A DNA stretch of 64,000 bases from an uncultured Latescibacterota bacterium (GTDB lineage: Bacteria > Latescibacterota > UBA2968): NCBI GenBank assembly GCA_951812545.1, contig OX638317.1:5843014-5907013 (forward strand), given 5' to 3'. The translations under genes and the position numbers were made by a program. Position 1 is the first letter of the stretch. Every line of letters begins with the position of its first letter. Under the pieces are notes generated by a model. The model ran no database searches, was not told the DNA's origin, and saw only the letters and a list, made by a program, of their open reading frames with translations. Shown piece after piece: positions 1 through 8,450 of the stretch.

Positions 1-29
1 GATGCTGGATATGGGGATACTGGAGATGT

Positions 30-854
30 GTGTCGGCAGACAACGCAAAATGCTCAGGCTTTGTTTGGGTTGACATCGTGAAAACAAAGACGCGGCTGGG
101 ACAGCATTTTCTCACAGATGGCGCATCTATCGAGCGAATTGTAGAGGCTGCACAGATTGAAAAAGAGGATCTGGTTGTAGAAATTGGTCCTGGACGGGGC
201 GCGTTGACTGGACTCCTGATTGAGCAGTCAGATCGGGTGGTCGCTATTGAGGTTGATAGGGATTTGTGTGATCTGCTTTCCAATCGATTTGGTTCGCGGT
301 TAAAAATTGTATCAGATGATGTGCGGCGGGTCAATTTGCCCGCGCTTGTTGGAATTGAAAAACGAGAAAAGGCGGTTCTGGTGGGCAATTTGCCATACCA
401 TATTACGGGTGCGCTCATCAGGCAAATTACGGATGCTCGAAGGGTTTGGAAACGCGCTGTGATTACGGTGCAGCGTGAGGTGGGGCAACGCATGATCGCG
501 CCGCCGGGTAGTAAAATATATGGCGTGCTGTCGATTGTCACACAGGTGCGGTGTGTCGCAAAACGGTTGTTTGATCTACCTCCTGCGCATTTTTATCCGC
601 CGCCCAAAGTGCATTCTTCTGTGTTGGTGCTGGATTTTGAAGCGAATTCTGCTTATGATATTGCAGATGAGAGGCGTTTGTTTGGCGTGGTGCGCGCCGC
701 ATTTCAGCAGCGAAGGAAAATGGTGCGCAACGCACTTGCTGGCCTCGTGGATGACGAGATTTTGATAGAAGCGAATATCGATGGTCGAGCGCGTCCTGAA
801 ACCATATCAATAGATGGATTTGAACGGATTTGCCGTGCATTGGCTATGAGATAG
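30..854 (+). CDS. rsmA: 16S rRNA (adenine-N6,N6)-dimethyltransferase RsmA/KsgA
   Basis: 274-aa ORF with KsgA hallmarks: LGQHFL near the N-terminus, SAM loop VVEIGPGRGALT, and VGNLPYHIT. Exact start is uncertain because the ORF opens near the window edge. Confidence 0.9.
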   Translation: MSADNAKCSGFVWVDIVKTKTRLGQHFLTDGASIERIVEAAQIEKEDLVVEIGPGRGALTGLLIEQSDRVVAIEVDRDLCDLLSNRFGSRLKIVSDDVRRVNLPALVGIEKREKAVLVGNLPYHITGALIRQITDARRVWKRAVITVQREVGQRMIAPPGSKIYGVLSIVTQVRCVAKRLFDLPPAHFYPPPKVHSSVLVLDFEANSAYDIADERRLFGVVRAAFQQRRKMVRNALAGLVDDEILIEANIDGRARPETISIDGFERICRALAMR

Positions 855-875
855 TTTTATAGAAAGGGATTTCTT

Positions 876-1796
876 ATGCCCATTCCAAAGTCAGACAAGA
901 TCTGGTTTAATGGGAATTTTGTAGGTTGGGACGATGCCAAAGTTCACGTGCTGTCTCATGTGGTGCATTACGGTTCGAGTGTTTTTGAGGGGATACGGTG
1001 TTATCATACCGAAAGAGGACCGGCCTGTTTCAGGCTGCGAGATCATGTGAAGAGGCTTTACGATTCGGCCAAAATTTATCGCATGGAAATTCCCTATACG
1101 GAAGATGAACTGGAAGCGGCCATTTTGGAGACGATTCGCATTAATAAATTGCAAGCGTGTTATATCAGACCTGTGGTTTTTCGGGGATTTGGCGAATTGG
1201 CCGTCAATCCAATGCCATGCCCGATCGAGGTGGTGATCGCAGTGTGGGAATGGGGCAAGTACCTGGGGCCAGAAGCTCTGGAGAAAGGCGTGTCGGTTCG
1301 GTTTGCGTCGTGGAATCGCCTGGCACCCAATACCATGCCTTCGCTTGCCAAGGTGGCGGCAAATTATATGAATGCACAACTGATCAAAATGGAGGCGATG
1401 GCCGATGGATATGCCGAGGGTATTGCCCTGGATACACAGGGTTATGTGAGCGAAGGTAGCGGCGAGAATATTTTTATGGCGAAGAATGGGCAGATTTACA
1501 CGCCTTCTACCGGGTCGTCTATTTTGCCCGGTATTACGCGACATTCGGTTATTACACTTGCCCGAGATTTGGGACATACGGTGACGGCGCGACCAATTCC
1601 ACGAGAGTCCCTTTATATTGCCGATGAGGCGTTTTTTACGGGTAGCGCGGCAGAGATCACGCCAATCACGGCTATTGACCATATCGATGTTGGCTGTGGT
1701 TCTCGAGGTGAGATCACAAAGAAGCTGCAGGATGCCTTTTTTGCTGTTGTGGAAGGGCGTGCGGAAGACAAGCGCGGCTGGCTGACGTATGTTTGA
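876..1796 (+). CDS. ilvE: branched-chain amino acid aminotransferase (class IV PLP fold)
   Basis: 306 aa. Motifs [26 protein letters not shown] and EGSGENIF are typical of IlvE. A GGA-rich RBS lies upstream. Confidence 0.9.
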   Translation: MPIPKSDKIWFNGNFVGWDDAKVHVLSHVVHYGSSVFEGIRCYHTERGPACFRLRDHVKRLYDSAKIYRMEIPYTEDELEAAILETIRINKLQACYIRPVVFRGFGELAVNPMPCPIEVVIAVWEWGKYLGPEALEKGVSVRFASWNRLAPNTMPSLAKVAANYMNAQLIKMEAMADGYAEGIALDTQGYVSEGSGENIFMAKNGQIYTPSTGSSILPGITRHSVITLARDLGHTVTARPIPRESLYIADEAFFTGSAAEITPITAIDHIDVGCGSRGEITKKLQDAFFAVVEGRAEDKRGWLTYV

Positions 1797-1819
1797 TGAG
1801 GTAAAAAAAGCTGATTGCT

Positions 1820-2626
1820 ATGAAAAATAAAAAAATTGCTGTTATTGGTGCAGGCAATATGGGGCGCGCGCTAATGGCCGGTTGGATTCGGTCGGGGCAG
1901 ATTGCGCCTGAAAATATCACGGCGGTGGATCTGGTTGCTGAGGTATTGGATCAGAGAAGGCGCGAGTTGGGTGTCCATGTTGCAGCGGATGCGCGCGAAG
2001 TGGTGGGCCATCAGGATATTGTGGTGTTGGGTGTGAAGCCGCAGTTCTGGAAGCAAACCGTTGTGGGATTTCGGGATTTGTTGCACGGTGATCAGGTGAT
2101 TATTTCCTTCATGGCGGGTGTGCGAATTGCGGCGTTGGAAGCGGAATTGGGTTCATTGCCCGTCGTTCGCGTGATGCCCAATATTCTGGCGCAGGTCGGT
2201 GCTGCAGGTTCGGGGGTGTGCGCTGGCACACATGTGAGTGAAGATCACATGAGTCTGGTAATGTCTTTGTTCAACGCGGTTGGCGCGGCAGTCGTTGTTT
2301 CAGAATCACAGATGGATGCGGTGACCGGGCTTGCGGGCAGCGGGCCTGCATATGTGTACGCGATAATTGATGCGTTGGCAGATGGTGGGGTGCGGTCTGG
2401 TTTATCAAAAGATATGGCGTTGACATTGGCGGCGCAGACCGTGTTGGGGGCGGCGCGTATGGTTGCCGAGAGCGGCGAACATCCGGCAATTTTGAAAGAT
2501 CAGGTGACGTCGGCGGGCGGAACTACTATTGCGGGTTTGCACGCGCTGGAGCAGGGCGGTTTGCGTGCCGCTTTGATGGATGCTGTTTTGGCTGCGACAG
2601 AGCGGTCGAGTGGGTTGGGGGAATGA
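1820..2626 (+). CDS. proC: pyrroline-5-carboxylate reductase
   Basis: 268 aa. Has the NADP fold IAVIGAGNMGRAL, then GSGPAYVY and VTSAGGTTIAG as in ProC. Confidence 0.9.
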   Translation: MKNKKIAVIGAGNMGRALMAGWIRSGQIAPENITAVDLVAEVLDQRRRELGVHVAADAREVVGHQDIVVLGVKPQFWKQTVVGFRDLLHGDQVIISFMAGVRIAALEAELGSLPVVRVMPNILAQVGAAGSGVCAGTHVSEDHMSLVMSLFNAVGAAVVVSESQMDAVTGLAGSGPAYVYAIIDALADGGVRSGLSKDMALTLAAQTVLGAARMVAESGEHPAILKDQVTSAGGTTIAGLHALEQGGLRAALMDAVLAATERSSGLGE

Positions 2627-2627
2627 G

Positions 2628-3230
2628 ATGATTGCGATTGTCAATTATGGGATGGGGAATTTGCGAAGTGTTCAAAAGGCATTTGAACACGTTGGGGCGA
2701 AGGCTTTTATTGTCGATAGACCCGAGGATATCGATGCCGCCGAGCGCGTTGTGTTGCCCGGCGTTGGGGCGTTTGGCGATGCGATGAACAATCTGAAAAC
2801 AGCGGGATTGATCGCGCCTATTGTAAGGGCTATCTCAGAGGGCCGGCCTTTTTTGGGTATTTGTTTGGGATTGCAATTGATGTTTGCCGAGAGTGAAGAA
2901 ATGGGGCAGTATCGGGGATTGGACATTTTGCCGGGAAAAGTGAAGCGTTTTCCCGAAGGGCAGCGCGTTCCGCAAATTGGATGGAATGAGGTGCGAATTC
3001 AGCGCGATACATCACTTTTAGATGGCGTGCCCGATGGGTCTTATTTTTATTTTGTCCATTCTTTTTTTGTGGTGTCTGAGCGCGATGAAGATGTGGTGGG
3101 GGTGACGGATTACGGGATTGATTATGCGTCAATTGCCGGAAATGATCGGGCTTTTGGTGTGCAGTTTCACCCCGAGAAAAGTCAGGATGCTGGCTTGAAG
3201 ATTTTAAAGAATTTTGCGGAGAAAGTTTAG
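2628..3230 (+). CDS. hisH: imidazole glycerol phosphate synthase, glutamine amidotransferase subunit
   Basis: Start moved to ATG 2628 (MIAIVNYGMGNLRSV), 1 nt after the proC stop. Has the class I GATase nucleophile elbow GICLGLQL and FHPEKS. Confidence 0.9.
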   Translation: MIAIVNYGMGNLRSVQKAFEHVGAKAFIVDRPEDIDAAERVVLPGVGAFGDAMNNLKTAGLIAPIVRAISEGRPFLGICLGLQLMFAESEEMGQYRGLDILPGKVKRFPEGQRVPQIGWNEVRIQRDTSLLDGVPDGSYFYFVHSFFVVSERDEDVVGVTDYGIDYASIAGNDRAFGVQFHPEKSQDAGLKILKNFAEKV

Positions 3231-3231
3231 A

Positions 3232-4029
3232 ATGCTGGCAAGGCGAATTATCCCGTGTTTAGATGTGAAAAACGGTCGCAATGTGCGCGGGGTCAGGTTT
3301 TCTGCCGATAAAGACGCTGGCGATCCCATTGCGCTGGCGAGACGCTATGATGCAGAAGGCGCAGATGAACTGGTGTTTTACGATATTACAGCATCGGCGG
3401 AGAAGCGCGATATTGTCGGCAAACTCGTGCGGCGCGTGTCCGAAGAGGTGTTTATTCCCTTTACAGTTGGCGGGGGCGTTCGCACGTATCAGGATATTCG
3501 CACAATTATCGAAGGGGGCGCGGAAAAAGCGTCAATCAATTCGGCTGCTGTACACACGCCTGAAATTATTACTCAGGGGGCCGAAAGTTTTGGGTCTCAG
3601 GCAATTGTGGGGTCGATTGACGCAATTCGACGGCCGAATTCCAATCAGACAGAGGATGTGCGCTGGGAAGTGGTCATCAATGGCGGACGCACATATACTG
3701 GACGAGATGCCCTCGAATGGGCTGAAGAACTGGTGGATCGCGGCGCGGGCGAACTGGTTTTGAACAGCATTGATGCGGATGGCACAAAAGATGGATACGA
3801 TATTGAGTTAAATCGCATGGTTGCCGAGCGCGTGGATGTGCCGATTGTGGCGTCTGGGGGGGCTGGGGGGCCAGAGGATATGTACGCGGTGTTGTCCAAA
3901 GGCAAGGCGAGCGCGGCACTGGCTGCGTCGATTTTTCACTACAATCAATACAGTATTGCGGAAATCAAAACGTATCTCGCAGAACGCGGGGTGCCAGTGC
4001 GCCCCAAAATCGAAATTGATTTGACATGA
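3232..4029 (+). CDS. hisF: imidazole glycerol phosphate synthase, cyclase subunit
   Basis: Start moved to ATG 3232 ([12 protein letters not shown]). Motifs [18 protein letters not shown] and [12 protein letters not shown] are typical of HisF. Confidence 0.9.
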   Translation: MLARRIIPCLDVKNGRNVRGVRFSADKDAGDPIALARRYDAEGADELVFYDITASAEKRDIVGKLVRRVSEEVFIPFTVGGGVRTYQDIRTIIEGGAEKASINSAAVHTPEIITQGAESFGSQAIVGSIDAIRRPNSNQTEDVRWEVVINGGRTYTGRDALEWAEELVDRGAGELVLNSIDADGTKDGYDIELNRMVAERVDVPIVASGGAGGPEDMYAVLSKGKASAALAASIFHYNQYSIAEIKTYLAERGVPVRPKIEIDLT

Positions 4030-5183
4030 GTGGGACAAAAGAACACGAAATTGATCGCAAAGCCTTATTCGCCGATGTGCGGCGGGTGGTGGTAAAATTG
4101 GGCACGCGGGTTGTGACGGCACATGGCAATACGTTGAATCTTGCGGTGATTGACCGCCTGGCCGTTGATGTGGCGTCTTTGGTCGCACGCGGTTTACAGG
4201 TGGCAGTAGTGACATCTGGAGCCGTTGGTGCCGGCATGGGGCAATTGGGGCTGAGTAATCGGCCGAGGCGTTTAGCCGATTTGCAAGCTACGGCTGCGGT
4301 GGGGCAGGGATTGGTGATGGATGCTTACAAACGGGCTTTTGAAGCATATGGTGTTTGGGTGGGGCAGGTGCTGTTGACATCGGATGATCTGGACAATCGC
4401 ACGCGGTATGTGAATGCGCGCAATACATTGGATCAATTGTTTCGGTATGGTGTTGTGCCTGTTGTCAATGAGAACGACAGCGTGGCGGTAGAAGAATTGC
4501 AATTGTCTGTGGGCGAAAATGATCGCCTATCTGCGATGGTGTCGCATCTGGTGGATGCGGACATGCTGGTGTTGTTGACCGATGTCGATGGGTTGTTTTC
4601 AGGTGATCCCGCAAAAGATCCAAACGCGCAATTGGTTCGGTTTGTGCGCGGGATGCCCGAAAAACTCTATGCAAATGTGGGGTCTTCGGGAAGTGCGTTG
4701 GGGCGCGGGGGAATGCGTACAAAACTCAGGGCAGCCGAGGCTGTGATGCAAGGTGGGCAGATGGCAGTGATTGCAAATGGATGTACAAACGGCTTGCGCG
4801 AAATTTTGGATGGGACAGATTGCGGCACGTTATTTGTGGCGGATAATCGCAGTTTGAACAGCAGAGATTTGTGGTTGGCGCATTCTCGAAAGCGAGGGGG
4901 TGTGGTTGTAGATGATGGCGCAGTGGTTGCTTTGAGCGATGGAGGCAAAAGTTTGTTGCCTTCGGGTATTGTCCGCGTTATTGGCGATTTTGAAGTTGGC
5001 GAACTCATTGGCGTAGAATCAGAACAACGCGTTGAGATCGCGCGCGGTTTAACGCGATTTAACGCCGGTGATGTGCGACGTATTCGCGGAAAGAAAACGC
5101 CAGAAGTTGCAAAAACTCTCGGAATTAATAATGGCGCGGTGGTTATCCACCGAGATGATATGGTGGTGTTAAATCGGAAGTAG
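4026..5183 (+). CDS. proB: glutamate 5-kinase with C-terminal PUA domain
   Basis: 385 aa. Motifs VVKLGT, VTSGAVGAG and NENDSV, plus a PUA-like C-terminus. Its ATG overlaps the hisF stop (ATGA). Confidence 0.9.
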   Translation: MSGTKEHEIDRKALFADVRRVVVKLGTRVVTAHGNTLNLAVIDRLAVDVASLVARGLQVAVVTSGAVGAGMGQLGLSNRPRRLADLQATAAVGQGLVMDAYKRAFEAYGVWVGQVLLTSDDLDNRTRYVNARNTLDQLFRYGVVPVVNENDSVAVEELQLSVGENDRLSAMVSHLVDADMLVLLTDVDGLFSGDPAKDPNAQLVRFVRGMPEKLYANVGSSGSALGRGGMRTKLRAAEAVMQGGQMAVIANGCTNGLREILDGTDCGTLFVADNRSLNSRDLWLAHSRKRGGVVVDDGAVVALSDGGKSLLPSGIVRVIGDFEVGELIGVESEQRVEIARGLTRFNAGDVRRIRGKKTPEVAKTLGINNGAVVIHRDDMVVLNRK

Positions 5184-5208
5184 GACAACCGACATTGGAG
5201 ATTGTGCT

Positions 5209-5577
5209 ATGCGCTCATTTTATCGGGGACAAAGTACGGTGTTGCCGGAAAACAGTCCGATCTTACCGGGAAGTGCAAGGCGACGCCTGAATAAATTTTT
5301 GATATTTGCACCCGTGGTGCTTTCCCTATATTTGTTTTTTGTAGGAGACAGTGGGATTTTCCAACTCATAATGCGCAAGCAGCAAATTGCCGCATTGAAA
5401 CAGGAAATTTCAACTATTCGTCAGCAGAATGCCATGTTGGAACGCGAGGCAAAGCTGCTGGAAAACAATTTGGATGAGATTGAACGCATTGCTCGAGAGC
5501 GCTATGGCATGGTGTATCTCAATGAATCAATTTATATGATCTATCCCAATCCACCAACAGCATTGGAGTCACCGTGA
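5209..5577 (+). CDS. septum formation initiator family protein (FtsB/DivIC-like)
   Basis: 122 aa. One TM helix (FLIFAPVVLSLYLFFV) is followed by a heptad coiled coil (QQIAALKQEISTIRQQNAMLEREAKLLENNLDEIERIARERYG). Confidence 0.6.
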   Translation: MRSFYRGQSTVLPENSPILPGSARRRLNKFLIFAPVVLSLYLFFVGDSGIFQLIMRKQQIAALKQEISTIRQQNAMLEREAKLLENNLDEIERIARERYGMVYLNESIYMIYPNPPTALESP

Positions 5578-6359
5578 TTTGCCAGACCGATGGGTTGGTG
5601 TTGCGCGGTTTTCGCATGAGTGAAAGCAGCAAGGTTGTGGTGTTGTTTTCTCGCGATTACGGCAAGTTGCGTCTGGTTGCCAAAGGCGCGCGGCGGCCCA
5701 AAAGCAAATTTGGCGCGAGTCTTGAACCCATGACATGGGGGCACTATGTTTTTTATCGGCGGGATAATCGAGAGTTGCAAATATTGAGCGAAGGCGATAT
5801 TGCACACGCTTTTGAACCGATAAAACAACACTACGGTCGAATGGCAGCCGGAAGTGCGATATGCGAATTTCTGGATCATATTACCGAAGATGAAGACCGC
5901 AACCCACTTTTGTTTAGTATTGCACTTGAAACGATGCAATGGGTGGGGGGTATTGCTGAAATAGCACTGGATGTGCCGGTGTGGTATTTCCAGATTCGCG
6001 CTGCGGGTGCGGTGGGTTATCGCCCCCATCTGAGTGGGTGTGTCCAATGTGGTGCTCGGCTCCAGGGGCACCGCCTGGGGTTCAGTCCCGGCCTGGGCGG
6101 TACATTGTGTGGCAAGCACGCAGGGGCGGGCATGCGCGTACAGTTTGAGACGATAAATTTTATGGCGCATCTACAAGTGGGACGTCCCGACCGCATTGAT
6201 CTTTCCCTCTTGCGGGGTGTAAACCGCGCAGAGGTGACGCGAATATTGCGCGCATTTTTTGACCAACACATCGAATCGCGCTATCGCCCCAAGGCACTGG
6301 ATTTTTTTGAACGCTTAAGGGCAGCAGAACCTGCGGTGCCTTATGGCGCGGGGATATAG
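5574..6359 (+). CDS. recO: DNA repair protein RecO
   Basis: 261 aa. N-terminal OB region GLVLRGFRMSESSKVVVLFSRDYGKLRLVAKGARRPKSKF and a Cys4 zinc motif CVQCG...LCGKH. GTG start overlaps the upstream stop (GTGA). Confidence 0.8.
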   Translation: MICQTDGLVLRGFRMSESSKVVVLFSRDYGKLRLVAKGARRPKSKFGASLEPMTWGHYVFYRRDNRELQILSEGDIAHAFEPIKQHYGRMAAGSAICEFLDHITEDEDRNPLLFSIALETMQWVGGIAEIALDVPVWYFQIRAAGAVGYRPHLSGCVQCGARLQGHRLGFSPGLGGTLCGKHAGAGMRVQFETINFMAHLQVGRPDRIDLSLLRGVNRAEVTRILRAFFDQHIESRYRPKALDFFERLRAAEPAVPYGAGI

Positions 6360-6364
6360 GATTT

Positions 6365-6898
6365 GTGATGAATCGACTTCTACAGCGATGGTTGGAGCGC
6401 GAAAAGCCACTTTTTCCCAAATTGCGCGCAATTCCACTCTTTCGGGAACTGAACCGCCGAGAGTTGCAGGCAGTGGTGCAACTTATAGAAATTTGCAAGT
6501 ATTCAACAGGCGATGTAGTTTTTGAACAGGGCGCACCGGGAGACGGCGTTTATGTGGTGCTAAAAGGGTGTGTAGAAGTAATTCAAAAGGATGGTGAAGA
6601 TGGCGAGAAAGTGCTGCTTGTCCAATCTAAATCCGGTTCCTTTTTTGGTGAAACCGCACTTTTGGAAGGTGTGCCGAGAACGGCAGCAGCAGTTGCGGCA
6701 GAAGATACCAAATTGGCACTTTTTTCACGAGACGTTCTGTACCAGTTGGCGGAACAGCGACCGCACCTGGGGGTAAAAATCGCCATTCAACTTTCGCGGA
6801 TTGTCGCCGAGCGATTGCGGCAAACCAATCACAGTTTGCAGGCTGCCCGAGATGAGTTGGCGGCTAAACAAAAAGAGGACGGGGGAGGCGAGTCATGA
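6365..6898 (+). CDS. cyclic nucleotide-binding domain protein
   Basis: 177 aa. Has a cNMP-binding beta-roll with a phosphate-binding cassette-like FFGETALLEGVPRTAAAVA. No DNA-binding or other output domain is visible. Confidence 0.75.
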   Translation: MMNRLLQRWLEREKPLFPKLRAIPLFRELNRRELQAVVQLIEICKYSTGDVVFEQGAPGDGVYVVLKGCVEVIQKDGEDGEKVLLVQSKSGSFFGETALLEGVPRTAAAVAAEDTKLALFSRDVLYQLAEQRPHLGVKIAIQLSRIVAERLRQTNHSLQAARDELAAKQKEDGGGES

Positions 6899-8418
6899 AT
6901 GAACCCTCTTCTGGTGGCATGGGTACTGCTCAGATTTTGCGTATTGTGATTTTTTTGGGCCTCATCGTTGTGGCGGTCTGGCTATTATATACCATTCGGA
7001 ATACTCTGGCTCCTTTTTTTCTTGCGTTTGTGCTGTCGTATTTGTTAATGCCCCTGGTCGATTTGCTCGAGTCGTATCGCTTAAATCGTCTGGTTGCTGT
7101 GGTTGTGGTCTTGATCACTGTTTTTGCAATTGTGTTCATTCCCCTCATTGTGGTCGCGCCTGTGATAGTGCGCAGTACCGAGGATATGGTCGAGCGCATT
7201 GTTGGTGAACAGGACACATGGTACTGTGTGGTGGAAAATAAGGGCGATGCCGTAGTGACGATTGATCGTTTTGAGAGTGAAATCGAAGATTTTAAGGTTG
7301 ATGGCCTGCCCCTGAAATTGGCACCCGATGGGCGAGATGCAGAATCCGCTGTCTTTTCCTGGCCTCCTCAGGCCAGCCCAAAAGTGGTCGGTGGACGAGG
7401 TACGCTGCGTGTGGTATTTTCTCCACAAGTATATGAGCCGCGTCAGGCGTTTCTGAGATTGTACGGTTTTTATGGCGGGCAAGAAGATTCTATTGTGTTG
7501 ACGCTTAGAGGGAATATCGAGGGTGTATCATCGATTTCAGACTCATTGGTTGTGGAACCCGAGGAGTCGGTTCAATTTGGAGAATCACAAATTTTAATAT
7601 CGGCAACACAACATACATTTGGGAAATACAAGCCGGGATATCTGGCAGTTGTAAAAACCTATATTGAAACCGTTCATGCCAGCTTCGAAAAATGGATGCC
7701 TATGCTCAAAGAATGGATGCCCCTGCTCGAAAGCAAAGACGTGGTTCAGGCGATAAATGCGCGTTTGCAGGTTATCGCCACAGATTTATTTAAGGAGACC
7801 CCTCGATTGGTCGGGCAATTGCTATCGGGACTTACATTTTTCATTATTGTGCCTTTTGTTTTGTTTTTCTTTTTGGGACAGGGCAGAACGATTAAGCGCG
7901 CGATCATTGAGCAGGTGCCAAATCGATATTTTGAGCTGGTATTAAATCTGTTATATCGCATTGACGCGCAATTGGGTGGCTATATGCGCGGTATGGTGTT
8001 GTCTGTGATGATTGTCTCGCTTCTGTCAATTACCGGACTTTATATCATCGGTTTGGAACATTTTTTGCTGATTGGTCTTCTCGCGGGTTTGGCCAATGTG
8101 ATTCCCTATCTGGGACCTCTGATTGGAATTGTTGCCGGTGTTGTTGCCGCTGTATTGCAATATTCCGCCCTGAGTTTTGGTGTGGTTCTGCCAGTGGTTC
8201 TTGTTTTTCTCTTCGTGCAGATTATAGATAATGTGTTTGTCGCCCCCGTCGTGGTCGCGCGCAGTGTTAATTTGCATCCTCTGCTCGTTATTTTTGCAGT
8301 GCTCGTCGGCAGCGAATTGTTTGGCGCAGTTGGTATGTTATTGGCCGTGCCCACAACAGCGGTGATTAAAGTATCTGTGCGGACGATTTATGAGGGGTGG
8401 CGAGGTTATTCGGTGTAA
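6895..8418 (+). CDS. AI-2E (PerM/YhhT) family transporter with about 200-aa extracytoplasmic insert
   Basis: 507 aa. The C-terminal half matches the AI-2E core (NVIPYLGPLIG, DNVFVAPVVVARSVNLHPLL, GAVGMLLAVP). Residues about 95-300 are a non-membrane beta-rich insert. ATG overlaps the upstream stop (ATGA). Confidence 0.75.
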   Translation: MNEPSSGGMGTAQILRIVIFLGLIVVAVWLLYTIRNTLAPFFLAFVLSYLLMPLVDLLESYRLNRLVAVVVVLITVFAIVFIPLIVVAPVIVRSTEDMVERIVGEQDTWYCVVENKGDAVVTIDRFESEIEDFKVDGLPLKLAPDGRDAESAVFSWPPQASPKVVGGRGTLRVVFSPQVYEPRQAFLRLYGFYGGQEDSIVLTLRGNIEGVSSISDSLVVEPEESVQFGESQILISATQHTFGKYKPGYLAVVKTYIETVHASFEKWMPMLKEWMPLLESKDVVQAINARLQVIATDLFKETPRLVGQLLSGLTFFIIVPFVLFFFLGQGRTIKRAIIEQVPNRYFELVLNLLYRIDAQLGGYMRGMVLSVMIVSLLSITGLYIIGLEHFLLIGLLAGLANVIPYLGPLIGIVAGVVAAVLQYSALSFGVVLPVVLVFLFVQIIDNVFVAPVVVARSVNLHPLLVIFAVLVGSELFGAVGMLLAVPTTAVIKVSVRTIYEGWRGYSV

Positions 8419-8450
8419 AAAAGGGGTGGGCTGAACGCTAATAAGGAGTA

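Noticed and set aside
891-1682. 263-aa ORF antisense to ilvE.
   Set aside because: It lies entirely inside a well-supported gene on the other strand. Its R/H/P/G-rich low-complexity translation has no recognisable motifs, so it is a typical shadow ORF.
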